Assembly (NCBI RefSeq): GCF_017873855.1
Contig: NZ_JAGGKR010000001.1
Location: 1,345,529-1,369,528, forward strand
Length of the DNA: 24,000 nucleotides
Direction: 5' to 3'
From: Methanolinea mesophila
GTDB taxonomy: Archaea > Halobacteriota > Methanomicrobia > Methanomicrobiales > Methanospirillaceae
Under the pieces are notes generated by a model. The model ran no database searches and was not told where the DNA came from. It saw nothing but the letters and a program-made list of their open reading frames with translations. This document shows positions 16,109 to 24,000 of the stretch, piece by piece. The translations under genes and the position numbers were made by a program. How positions within the stretch are numbered: the stretch's first letter is position 1; each line of letters starts with the position of its first letter.

Positions 16109-16118
16109 CCGCCGGAAA

Positions 16119-18539
16119 TTACTGGTATTCGGGTGGCTGCACTTCTTTCGGCAGGCCACCCTTGAAGTGCTGCCGGATACGGCCGTATGATTCACGGAGC
16201 CGCTCGTTCATGGTGGGGTGCACCTTGTCCAGGCTCTGCTCGAAGTGTTTGAGCGTGACGTTCTCCGCACCTTCCCGCATGGCGAATATCCCCGCCTCCC
16301 TGCAGAGCGACTCGATGTCAGAGCCGACGTAGCCTTCCGACCGGGCCGCGATGGCGGAGATCAGATTGTCCCTCGGTTCGTCCTTCAGGACGAGGCGGTG
16401 CTGGACGAGCACGTCCACCAGCTGCTTCCTTCGCTGGCCCCGGTTGAGCACCTTCTCCTTTCCGGGGGTGATCTCCTGCACGAGGGGTGCGATCTCTTCC
16501 ACGGTGACTTCCCGGTCATCCCCGAGTTTGTCCACCAGGTTCGTGATCCCTTCCTCATCCAGGCGTTCGACGAGGGTGACCAGTTCTTCCATCCGGGAAC
16601 CGTCCACAGGCATGTACCGGGTGTGAATGCCCAGGATCTTCCTCCTGTCCACTGCCTCGGGCTCTCCCACGTAGACCAGCCGGTCGAACCTCCCGGCCCG
16701 GAGAATCGCGGGGTCGACGATATCGGGACGGTTGGTGGCTCCCATCACCACCACGTCCTTTAAGTCTTCGAGCCCGTCCATCTCCGTGAGGAACTGGTTG
16801 AGTACGCTCTCCATTACGTGCGAGTCCCCTCCGGTCCCCCTCGCCGGGGCGAGGGCGTCGATCTCGTCGAAGAAGAGGATGGACGGAGCCACCTGGCGGG
16901 ACTTCTTGAACACCTCGCGTACGGCCCGTTCGCTCTCCCCGACCCACTTGGAGAGGAGCTGTGGCCCGCGGATAGCGATGAAGTTCGCCCCGCTCTCGTT
17001 CGCCACCGCTTTCGCGATCAGCGTCTTCCCGGTCCCCGGCGGACCATAGAGCAGCACACCTCTCGGCGGTCGGATCCCGAGCTCCTCGAACCGTTCCCGC
17101 TGAGTGAGCGGATACTCCACTGCTTCGCGGACCTCCTGCTTGGCCTCCTCGAGCCCACCCACTTCCTTCCAGGTGACGTGGGACACTTCCAGCATCACCT
17201 CCCGCATGGCGGAGGGGCCGACGTCCCTGAGTGCGCCCCGGAAGTCCCCGGAAGTAACCTGGAGGGTGTCCAGGACTTCCTGGGGGATCTCTTTCTCATC
17301 CAGGTCGATCGAGGGGAGGTAGCGGCGGAGCGCCCTGATCGCCGCCTCACGGGCGAGCGCCGCGAGGTCCGCCCCTACGAACCCGTGGGTCTGCTGGCTG
17401 ATGAGGTCGAGGCTCACGTCTTCCGAAAGCGGCATTCCCCGGGTATGGATCTTCATGATCTCGATCCGGTCCGGCTCGCCCGGGACCCCGATCTCGATCT
17501 CCCGGTCGAAGCGTCCGGGCCTGCGCAGCGCGGGATCGATGGCGTCCAGCCGGTTGGTCGCCCCGATCACCACCACCTGCCCCCGCTCCTCGAGCCCGTC
17601 CATCATGGTCAGCAGCTGGGCGACAACCCGCCGTTCCACCTCGCCGGTCACCTCCTCGCGCCGGGGAGTGATGGAGTCCAGCTCGTCGATGAAAATGATC
17701 GAGGGGGAGTTCTCCCTTGCCTCCTCGAAGACCTCGCGCAACCGCTGTTCGCTCTCCCCGTAATACTTGGAGATCACTTCCGGCCCCGCGATGGAGATGA
17801 AGTGGGCGCCGCTCTCGTTCGCCACCGCCTTCGCGATCAGCGTCTTTCCTGTCCCCGGAGGGCCGTAGAGGAGCACTCCCTTGGGAGGCTCGATCCCCAG
17901 TTTCTGGAAGAGCTCGGGATGGCGGAGAGGGAGCTCTATCGTCTCACGGAGGCGCTGGAGCTCGTCTTTCAAGCCCCCGATATCCTCGTAGGAGATACGT
18001 TTCAGGCCCTCGAACCCCGCGGCGGGCTTCTCGGAGAACTCTATCCGGGTGTTCTTGGTAATGATCACCGCTTCCTCCGGCTCGATCTCCACCACCTTGT
18101 AGGAAACGATCTGGGGCTGGATGAAGGGCAGCCCGATGGTGATGGGCACCGAATCGTTCAGCATCACCGGAAAGTCGATCAGGGCGTTTAACGCATTGGG
18201 ATTGTTGGCGACGGGGATATTCTTGGGGAGGTCCTCCGGGGGCGCCAGAACGACCACCTTCGCCTCCACCTCGTCCTTGATGGGTATTATGCGCACCGTG
18301 TCGCCGATGCTCACCCCGGCGTTCACCCGGGTGAAGTTGTCGATCCGGATCTTGTTCTGATTCCAGTCCTCAACCAGGGAGCGCCAGACTTTGGCCACCG
18401 TACGGCGTTTCCCTTCCACCGCCACGATGTCCCCGGGGGATATCTTCAAAAAAAGCATCGTCTCGGGATCGAGCCGGGCCTTTCCGCCCCCCTGGTCTCC
18501 CGGATACGCGCTATCCACCTTCAGATAAATCTCCGGCAT
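16119..18539 (-). CDS. cdc48: Cdc48/VCP/VAT-type AAA+ ATPase (N domain plus D1 plus D2), with an insertion in D2
   Basis: There is a double-psi-barrel-like N domain ([21 protein letters not shown]). Two AAA modules each carry [25 protein letters not shown], a Walker B (IIFIDELD / ILFFDEID) and a second region of homology (ATNR..D.AL.RPGRFD). Length is 806 aa, and the C-terminus ..PPEYQ keeps the penultimate Tyr. Confidence 0.95.
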   Translation of the reverse strand: MPEIYLKVDSAYPGDQGGGKARLDPETMLFLKISPGDIVAVEGKRRTVAKVWRSLVEDWNQNKIRIDNFTRVNAGVSIGDTVRIIPIKDEVEAKVVVLAPPEDLPKNIPVANNPNALNALIDFPVMLNDSVPITIGLPFIQPQIVSYKVVEIEPEEAVIITKNTRIEFSEKPAAGFEGLKRISYEDIGGLKDELQRLRETIELPLRHPELFQKLGIEPPKGVLLYGPPGTGKTLIAKAVANESGAHFISIAGPEVISKYYGESEQRLREVFEEARENSPSIIFIDELDSITPRREEVTGEVERRVVAQLLTMMDGLEERGQVVVIGATNRLDAIDPALRRPGRFDREIEIGVPGEPDRIEIMKIHTRGMPLSEDVSLDLISQQTHGFVGADLAALAREAAIRALRRYLPSIDLDEKEIPQEVLDTLQVTSGDFRGALRDVGPSAMREVMLEVSHVTWKEVGGLEEAKQEVREAVEYPLTQRERFEELGIRPPRGVLLYGPPGTGKTLIAKAVANESGANFIAIRGPQLLSKWVGESERAVREVFKKSRQVAPSILFFDEIDALAPARGTGGDSHVMESVLNQFLTEMDGLEDLKDVVVMGATNRPDIVDPAILRAGRFDRLVYVGEPEAVDRRKILGIHTRYMPVDGSRMEELVTLVERLDEEGITNLVDKLGDDREVTVEEIAPLVQEITPGKEKVLNRGQRRKQLVDVLVQHRLVLKDEPRDNLISAIAARSEGYVGSDIESLCREAGIFAMREGAENVTLKHFEQSLDKVHPTMNERLRESYGRIRQHFKGGLPKEVQPPEYQ

Positions 18540-18551
18540 GACCTAAAGGTC

Positions 18552-18571
18552 ATATATACGGGGATTTATAA
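18552..18571. promoter_or_regulatory. Two TATA-like boxes (ATATATA 18552-18558; ATTTATAA 18564-18571) in the 46-bp cdc48/larC divergent spacer
   Basis: These are the only A/T-rich elements between the two divergent ATGs (18539 and 18586). Each lies ~29-31 nt from the start codon on its far side, which is the archaeal TATA-to-TSS spacing plus a leader of a few nt. Confidence 0.4.
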
Positions 18572-18585
18572 GTACTTGTTCAACC

Positions 18586-19773
18586 ATGCGAATTCTTGTC
18601 CTCGATCCGTTCCGCGGGGCCGCGGGAGACATGATCACGGGATCCCTCCTCCACCTCGGGGCGGACCGCGACCAGGTCATCGCAGCAATGGCATCGGTGG
18701 TGGAAACACCCGAGATCGCCACGGTCAACAGGGTCGGGATTACGGCTTTTAAGGTCCATACCAGGGCGGGGCATTCCCACCGGACTCTCGACGAAGTATT
18801 AGACCGGCTTTCATCGGCAAAAGCCCCCGCTCCCGCACTTGAGATGGCAGGGAGGGTTTTTTCGCGGATCGCAAGGGCGGAGGAGGAAGTCCACGGAAAG
18901 ACGGCCCATTTCCACGAGGTGGGTGCGGACGATGCTGTCGCGGATATTATAGGAGCGTGCACCGCCCTTCATACGCTCAACGTCGACGGTATTTGGGCGT
19001 ATCCTGTCGCACTTGGCGGCGGGATGATCCAGGGCCACCACGGGAGCTACCCCGTCCCCGCCCCGGCGACCCTCGTCATCCTCCGCGACTCGTCCCTCGA
19101 ATCGTTCCTGGGAAGCCCTGAGGACGGAGAACTCGCAACTCCTACCGGCGTCGCGCTGCTCGCGGAATTCGTCGCGTCCCTGCCCGGCGGTCCGCTCACC
19201 GGCCGGGTCACCGGCGTGGGGTACGGGGCGGGGACACGGGATTCCCCCCGGACTCCGAACGTGTTCCGTTCCATGATCCTGGAAGGAGAGGGAGGTACCC
19301 CCGGCCAGGTGGACATCCTGGAGACCAACGTGGACGACGTGAACGGTGAGGTGCTCGCCTCGGCTTTTTCCCGGATAATGGACGCAGGGGCCCGGGACGT
19401 AAGCGCAATTCCCTGCCTGATGAAGAAAGGCAGGCCCGGCTACCTCATACGGGTTATGGTCTCCCCGCACAAGAGCAGAGAGATGGCCAGGATGCTCGCC
19501 GCCGAACTCGGAACGCTCGGGGTGCGCTGCATTCCCTCCGTGCACCGGTTCGTGGCCGATCGTGAGTTCCGGAAGGTGACTGTGGAGGCCTTCGGCCAGC
19601 AACGGGCTATTACGGTGAAACTCGGGCTCCTGGAGGGGAAGATCTTCTCCCTGAAGGCGGAATATGATGAACTGGCGGCGTGGGCCGACGAGCTGGGAGT
19701 CCCGGTCAGGGAGCTTGCGCTTATCGTGGAGGACAGTGCCAGGGCAGCCTTTCGTGAGGAAAGGAGCACCTGA
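18586..19773 (+). CDS. larC: LarC-family nickel insertion protein (DUF111)
   Basis: MRILVLDPFRGAAGDMITGSLLHLGAD is the DUF111/LarC N-terminal signature. The ~395-aa length is typical of the unsplit form. Confidence 0.8.
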   Translation: MRILVLDPFRGAAGDMITGSLLHLGADRDQVIAAMASVVETPEIATVNRVGITAFKVHTRAGHSHRTLDEVLDRLSSAKAPAPALEMAGRVFSRIARAEEEVHGKTAHFHEVGADDAVADIIGACTALHTLNVDGIWAYPVALGGGMIQGHHGSYPVPAPATLVILRDSSLESFLGSPEDGELATPTGVALLAEFVASLPGGPLTGRVTGVGYGAGTRDSPRTPNVFRSMILEGEGGTPGQVDILETNVDDVNGEVLASAFSRIMDAGARDVSAIPCLMKKGRPGYLIRVMVSPHKSREMARMLAAELGTLGVRCIPSVHRFVADREFRKVTVEAFGQQRAITVKLGLLEGKIFSLKAEYDELAAWADELGVPVRELALIVEDSARAAFREERST

Positions 19774-20459
19774 TGGCGGATGCTCTCCTCCCGACGGGGA
19801 GCCCGGATCTCGACCGTCTCCTGGGAGGAGGAGTGGAGCCCCGGGTGATTACCCAGTTCTTCGGGGAGCCTGCCGGAGGGAAGAGCACCATCTGCGTGAT
19901 GATCGCGGTCTCCTCGCTCCGACAGGGCAGGGGGGTCATCTTCATCGACACCGAGGGTTTTTCCATCGAGAGGTTCCGGCAGATTGCGGGTGACGATGCA
20001 CTCGGTCTTTCCGAGAGGCTGATCCTCTTCGAACCCCATGACTTCGAGGAACAGGGTGTGGTGATCGGGCAGCTCGACCCCCATCTGAGGGGCGGCGATA
20101 TCGGGCTCATCGTGCTCGATTCCGCAACCGGACTCTACCGGACCCGTCTGGCGAAAGGAAAAGACGCCATGCAGAAACTGACTGCCCAGATGGTACAGCT
20201 GCTGGGGTATGCAAAACGCTACGACATCCCGGTGGTGATCACCAACCAGGTCTACATGGACATGGTGAAGAACGTGTACATGGGCCTCGGGGGGACCGCG
20301 CTCGAGCACATCTCGAAGGTCATCGTGCGGATCGATCGTATTGATTCCCACCGGAAGGCCACCCTGGTCAAGCACCGGTCTCTCCCTGCAGGGGGAGTGC
20401 TCCGGTTCGACATTGTCAACGAGGGTATCCGCCCGCGGGAAAACCCGGTTTTAAAATAA
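19773..20459 (+). CDS. radB: DNA repair and recombination protein RadB (RecA/RadA paralogue)
   Basis: PTGSPDLDRLLGGGVEPRVITQFFGEPAGGKST (intact Walker A), VIFIDTEG and LIVLDS (Walker B). The ~228-aa length is typical of RadB rather than RadA. The ATG overlaps the larC TGA by 1 nt (TGATG). Confidence 0.85.
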   Translation: MADALLPTGSPDLDRLLGGGVEPRVITQFFGEPAGGKSTICVMIAVSSLRQGRGVIFIDTEGFSIERFRQIAGDDALGLSERLILFEPHDFEEQGVVIGQLDPHLRGGDIGLIVLDSATGLYRTRLAKGKDAMQKLTAQMVQLLGYAKRYDIPVVITNQVYMDMVKNVYMGLGGTALEHISKVIVRIDRIDSHRKATLVKHRSLPAGGVLRFDIVNEGIRPRENPVLK

Positions 20460-20594
20460 ATCTTCTTTATACCGCCGGCTGTGCCCGAAATTCGCTGGAA
20501 ACCCGGCACGCTGTAGAACAGGAGCCTGTGCAGCACGGTCTTTCGCACGGTAACCCATCTCCCGGATATGCCGGGGGCCATATTTTATTAAATC

Positions 20595-21197
20595 ATGATC
20601 CTGATTCTTTTCATGGATATGCGACCGCCGAATATGCTCATCGCCCTTATCGTCCTGATCCTGGTGGCGGCAACCGCCTTATCAGGCTGTACTTCGACCC
20701 CTCCGGTCACCCGGGGGGCTGAGGGCACACAAACCCGGGACACCCTGCAGGGTGAGGCCTGGCACCATTACGCCCTGACCGATGTCGTGAGCGGGACACA
20801 ATTCAACGTCGGCGGGATGCGTGGAGAGCCGGTGCTCGTGTTTACCTTCACCCTCTCCTGCCCGATATGCACCCGGCAGCAGCAGGAGATACTCCGGCTC
20901 TCACAGATGCCCGATGTATCGTTCCAGGCGGTGGGCCTGGATATCGACCCGAACGAGAAAGCCGCAGATCTGAAGGCAAACGTCGAGGCAAACGGATACT
21001 ATGGGTATTACGCCCTGTCCCCGGTCGATGCCACACAGATGCTTGTGGACTGTTTCGGGGTGCAGGTGATCACCCCCTCATCCGCTCCGGTAATCCTGGT
21101 TACTCCGGACGGGACGGCGCAAATGCTTCCGGCAGGAATAAAATCAGCCGAAAGCCTCCGGGAACTGATCCTCCAGGTGAGTTCGCACAGTGGATGA
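20595..21197 (+). CDS. Extracytoplasmic thioredoxin-fold thiol:disulfide oxidoreductase (TlpA/ResA-like), lipoprotein-type signal
   Basis: Signal/anchor NMLIALIVLILVAATALSGC is followed by a redoxin-like core carrying the CxxC motif FTFTLSCPICTRQ. The start is uncertain. An A/T-rich TATA-like box at 20581-20593 would place transcription start after 20595, which favours the in-frame ATGs at 20613 or 20619. Confidence 0.75.
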   Translation: MILILFMDMRPPNMLIALIVLILVAATALSGCTSTPPVTRGAEGTQTRDTLQGEAWHHYALTDVVSGTQFNVGGMRGEPVLVFTFTLSCPICTRQQQEILRLSQMPDVSFQAVGLDIDPNEKAADLKANVEANGYYGYYALSPVDATQMLVDCFGVQVITPSSAPVILVTPDGTAQMLPAGIKSAESLRELILQVSSHSG

Positions 21198-21864
21198 TCT
21201 CTCCGCGTGGGGCATTTCCTTCGTCGCCGGGGTGCTCGCACCCCTCACCTCCCCCTGTGTCCTCCCGCTGTATCCCGGGTTCATCGCCTTTCTCTCCCGC
21301 CAGACCGGGAACACCGGGTCACGTTTTACCCCCGTTCTTCTGGGGCTCGTAGTGACTGCAGGAGTGCTGCTCTCGATGGCAGTGTTCGGGGTGATCGTCT
21401 CCTCGTTGTTCGCGGTCCCGCTCTCCCGGATGATCGGGATAATCTCCCCGGTGGCGTTTGGGGTACTGGCCGTCGCAGGGCTGCTCCTCATCCTGGGGAT
21501 CGAACCGGGTATCCCCGTCTCCATAAAGACCCCCCGTTTCCGTTCCCCGTATCCGGCCGCGTTCGGCATGGGCCTCTTCTTCGGGATTGTCATACTTCCC
21601 TGCAACGCTATCTCCTTCGTGGTATTGATCGCCCTTGCCACGACGTTCACCGGTCTCCTCGCAAACCTGACGACCTTCATCGCGTTCGGGCTGGGAATGG
21701 CAGTCCCGCTCTTCCTCATCGCCGCGCTTTCGGCCAGAGGGGGTCCCGGGATGGTGGAATGGGTGACCCGGCACAAGAGGGGGATCGACCTCGTCACCGG
21801 GATCATCCTGCTCGGGATCTCTCTGTATTTCCTTGCGGAGTTCTTCGGGATTACGCCCGGTTGA
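21190..21864 (+). CDS. ccdA: CcdA/DsbD-family transmembrane thiol:disulfide electron transporter
   Basis: Six predicted TM segments carry the two signature cysteines, LAPLTSPCVLPLYPG and GIVILPCNA. The GTG start overlaps the upstream thioredoxin-like gene by 8 nt. Confidence 0.85.
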   Translation: MDDLSAWGISFVAGVLAPLTSPCVLPLYPGFIAFLSRQTGNTGSRFTPVLLGLVVTAGVLLSMAVFGVIVSSLFAVPLSRMIGIISPVAFGVLAVAGLLLILGIEPGIPVSIKTPRFRSPYPAAFGMGLFFGIVILPCNAISFVVLIALATTFTGLLANLTTFIAFGLGMAVPLFLIAALSARGGPGMVEWVTRHKRGIDLVTGIILLGISLYFLAEFFGITPG

Positions 21865-22061
21865 TTCCCCGGTATCGCTATACCGGTACCCTGAGCAAAT
21901 CGGCTATGCCACCTTCCCGAAGAGGAACCATACCAAAACTCTTTTCGATCCTTATCGGGACATAGCTGCATTCGACTCCGGTTAACCCGGGAGACGGGAT
22001 GGCAGGATTCGCAGGCGCCGGGTGCAGCGCATCGCACCGGTCGGAAGGAGGAGAGTGAGGA

Positions 22062-23789
22062 GTGTCTACGGTGCTGTTTACGGTTCTGGTTGCGCTCTGC
22101 ATCATATCGGCATTCATCACCTGGGCGCTTGGTTTCACTATCCTGGCCAGGAACACGGCTTCCCTGACCCACCGTCTTTTTTTCCTTGTTATGGTGGCCG
22201 CAACCTACTGGGCATTCGGGGAATATTCCCTCTGGATGGCGGGCTCGTACGACGGGACCCTGTTCTGGCTTAAATTAAGCTCGTTCTGGCCCCTTGTCCC
22301 CGCGGCGACGCTCCATTTTATTCTGGTCCTGAGCGGCAGCAGCCTTTTGAAGCGGTCCAGGCCGTGGGTCGTTCCTCTCCTCATCTACCTGCCTGCCGTT
22401 CTCTTTGCATGTGCGGGGATCGGGACATCCCTGATCTACACCGTGGAGTTCGTGCCAGGGACGGGGTTCGTGTACCAGGTCGCCAGTGAAAGCTTCGTCT
22501 ACATCGCCGAGAGCGCCTACACCCTCGTCGTTATGGGTGCTGCCCTGGCCGTAAGTACCGGTTCCTGGCTGAGATCCCGCGAGGAGAAGACCCGCCGCCA
22601 GTATCGGCTGGTGAGTGCGGGAATCGCCCTCGTGATCGCGTTCGGCATTCCGTCCGGAATACTCCTGCAGATCTATGGCATTTATCTTCCCAACCTGGTG
22701 TTTACCGGGATAATCCTCTTCTCGGTCATTATCACCTACAGTATCATCAGGTACGAGCTCTTCACCCTGAGTCCCGGCACTGCAGCGCCCGACATCGTCA
22801 GAATTCTCCCGGACGGCTTGATCATCGGCACCCTGGACGGGAGCATCGTCATGGCGAATGCCCGGGCGTCAGCGGTATGCAAGGCTCCCGGAAAGGACCT
22901 GGCCGGTAAAAAAATCACAGAATGTATCAGCGACCCGGCACTCTCTTCGATAATTCCGTCCCTTGTTGAGAGGGAGACCCTCTCCGACGTGGAGGTACTC
23001 CACCGGGGGGCGCACGGGATCGTTGTTCTCAGCATTTCGGGCGCTCTCGTCCGTGACCCGGCCGGGGACCCGGCCGGGTTCATTCTCATTCTCCGTGACA
23101 TTACCCGTCGGAAGGAATCCGAACACGCCCTCAGGGTGGCGAACGAGAAGATCTCGCTCATGACACAACTGACACGGCACGATATCACGAACCTCGTCAC
23201 CGCCCTGTGGGGATACCTCGACCTCCTGAAAAGCAGCCGTCTCACCCCGGACGAGAATAATTATCTTGAAAAATGCCTCGAAATAGTCGAGAAGATAGAT
23301 CAGCACCTCATGTTCACGAGGGATTACCAGGAAATCGGGCTCTACAGACCTTCCTGGCAGCCGCTCGAAACGTTGTGTGCAAAAGCAGTCGCTGATCTCC
23401 CCGCCGGAAAGGTCGCGATAGTCCGAAATATCGACGATGTGGATATCTATGCCGACCCACTCATCTCAAAGGTCCTGTATAACATACTTGAAAATGCGTT
23501 CCGGCACGGGGGGAAAATTACACAAATTGATATATCCACGCAGGTGGGCGGAAGCGGGGACCTTCTTTTGGTGATTGCCGATAACGGCACGGGAATACGA
23601 AATGGCGAAAAGGAGAGGATTTTTGGGCAGGGGTACGGCAAACACACCGGAATCGGCCTCGCGCTTTCACGGGAGATCCTGTCAACCACCGGGATCACGA
23701 TCCATGAGAACGGAGTGCCGGGAGAAGGTGCCAGGTTCGAGATCCGCGTTCCCGGACCGGCATGGAGAGATCACGGGAATGCGGGCTGA
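22062..23789 (+). CDS. Sensor histidine kinase: N-terminal 7TM domain, PAS domain, phospho-acceptor region and HATPase_c
   Basis: About 230 aa of multi-TM sequence are followed by a PAS-like segment (PDGLIIGTLDGSIVMANARA..FILILRDITRRKESE). The H-box is LTRHDITNLV, with the His codon at 23178-23180. The N, G1 and G2 boxes are NILENAFRHG, DNGTGI and GIGLALSREIL. The GTG start is preceded by AAGGAGGAG (22045-22053). Confidence 0.85.
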   Translation: MSTVLFTVLVALCIISAFITWALGFTILARNTASLTHRLFFLVMVAATYWAFGEYSLWMAGSYDGTLFWLKLSSFWPLVPAATLHFILVLSGSSLLKRSRPWVVPLLIYLPAVLFACAGIGTSLIYTVEFVPGTGFVYQVASESFVYIAESAYTLVVMGAALAVSTGSWLRSREEKTRRQYRLVSAGIALVIAFGIPSGILLQIYGIYLPNLVFTGIILFSVIITYSIIRYELFTLSPGTAAPDIVRILPDGLIIGTLDGSIVMANARASAVCKAPGKDLAGKKITECISDPALSSIIPSLVERETLSDVEVLHRGAHGIVVLSISGALVRDPAGDPAGFILILRDITRRKESEHALRVANEKISLMTQLTRHDITNLVTALWGYLDLLKSSRLTPDENNYLEKCLEIVEKIDQHLMFTRDYQEIGLYRPSWQPLETLCAKAVADLPAGKVAIVRNIDDVDIYADPLISKVLYNILENAFRHGGKITQIDISTQVGGSGDLLLVIADNGTGIRNGEKERIFGQGYGKHTGIGLALSREILSTTGITIHENGVPGEGARFEIRVPGPAWRDHGNAG

Positions 23790-23857
23790 ATCCCCGGTCG
23801 TTCCCAGATCCTCGGCCCTGGATCATGTTCCTCTTCTTTCCGGTACGTGCTCCTTCA

Positions 23858-24000
23858 CTAGAATGGAATGGATCCTGAAAAAACCGTGACGGCCGGACCC
23901 TTCATCCGGGTCTCCTTGCCGAGGGAGATCACCAGGTTTCCTCCCGGAGTCTCCACGTCCACCTCGTCTCCCACCATCCCGAGTTTATGGGCCATCGCCG
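23858..24000 (-). CDS. 3' end of a gene that starts beyond the window (46 C-terminal codons); product unknown
   Basis: The minus-strand frame reads ..AMAHKLGMVGDEVDVETPGGNLVISLGKETRMKGPAVTVFSGSIPF* with the stop TAG at 23860-23858. It shows G/C-rich third positions. It is absent from the ORF track because no start codon lies inside the window. Confidence 0.45.
   Translation of the reverse strand, partial: AMAHKLGMVGDEVDVETPGGNLVISLGKETRMKGPAVTVFSGSIPF

Noticed and set aside
16987-17060. A ~74-nt segment ~88% identical to 17806-17879 (an apparent dispersed repeat).
   Set aside because: Both lie inside cdc48 and encode the identical 25-residue Walker A block ([25 protein letters not shown]) of D2 and D1. 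All differences are at synonymous positions, at about the level expected from shared codon bias. There is no need to invoke a repeat element or recent gene conversion.
1-24000. Scan for tRNA (T-loop GTTCRAATC-type), rRNA, CRISPR repeats, IS/transposase/integrase genes, reverse transcriptase and long direct or inverted terminal repeats.
   Set aside because: I found nothing convincing by eye. The few GTTCGAA-like strings (near 5950 and 7095) and TTCAAATCC (7722-7730) lie inside well-supported CDSs without acceptor or anticodon stems. A tRNAscan, Infernal or CRISPR-finder run would be needed to be definitive.

Overview
GC-rich window that looks archaeal, most likely from a methanogen of the Methanomicrobia type. 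That placement is inferred from gene content (cofD for F420, radB, archaeal-type aspS, Cdc48/VAT, the aconitase-X plus UbiD pair of the archaeal mevalonate route), not from any search. I call 22 densely packed protein genes on both strands. Several are translationally coupled: permease-usp, ubiD-like/acnX, aspS/metE-like, larC/radB, trx-like/ccdA. By eye I found no rRNA, tRNA, CRISPR array, transposase, integrase or other mobile-element signature, so this reads as mostly core chromosome. The parts most worth a second look are: (1) a single-chain MNT-HEPN (MntA-HepT-like) fusion whose catalytic signatures in both halves are substituted, followed by a 328-aa protein I cannot assign to a family; (2) a ~75-residue insertion in the D2 lid of Cdc48; (3) a KaiC/RecA-fold protein with a destroyed P-loop and a forced TTG start, downstream of an acyl-CoA synthetase; (4) a lipoprotein thioredoxin/CcdA pair next to a 7TM-PAS histidine kinase; (5) three unusually long or structured non-coding gaps (3830-4358, 9150-9467, 15736-16118). 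All family assignments rest on motif recognition in the translated ORFs. No database search was run.
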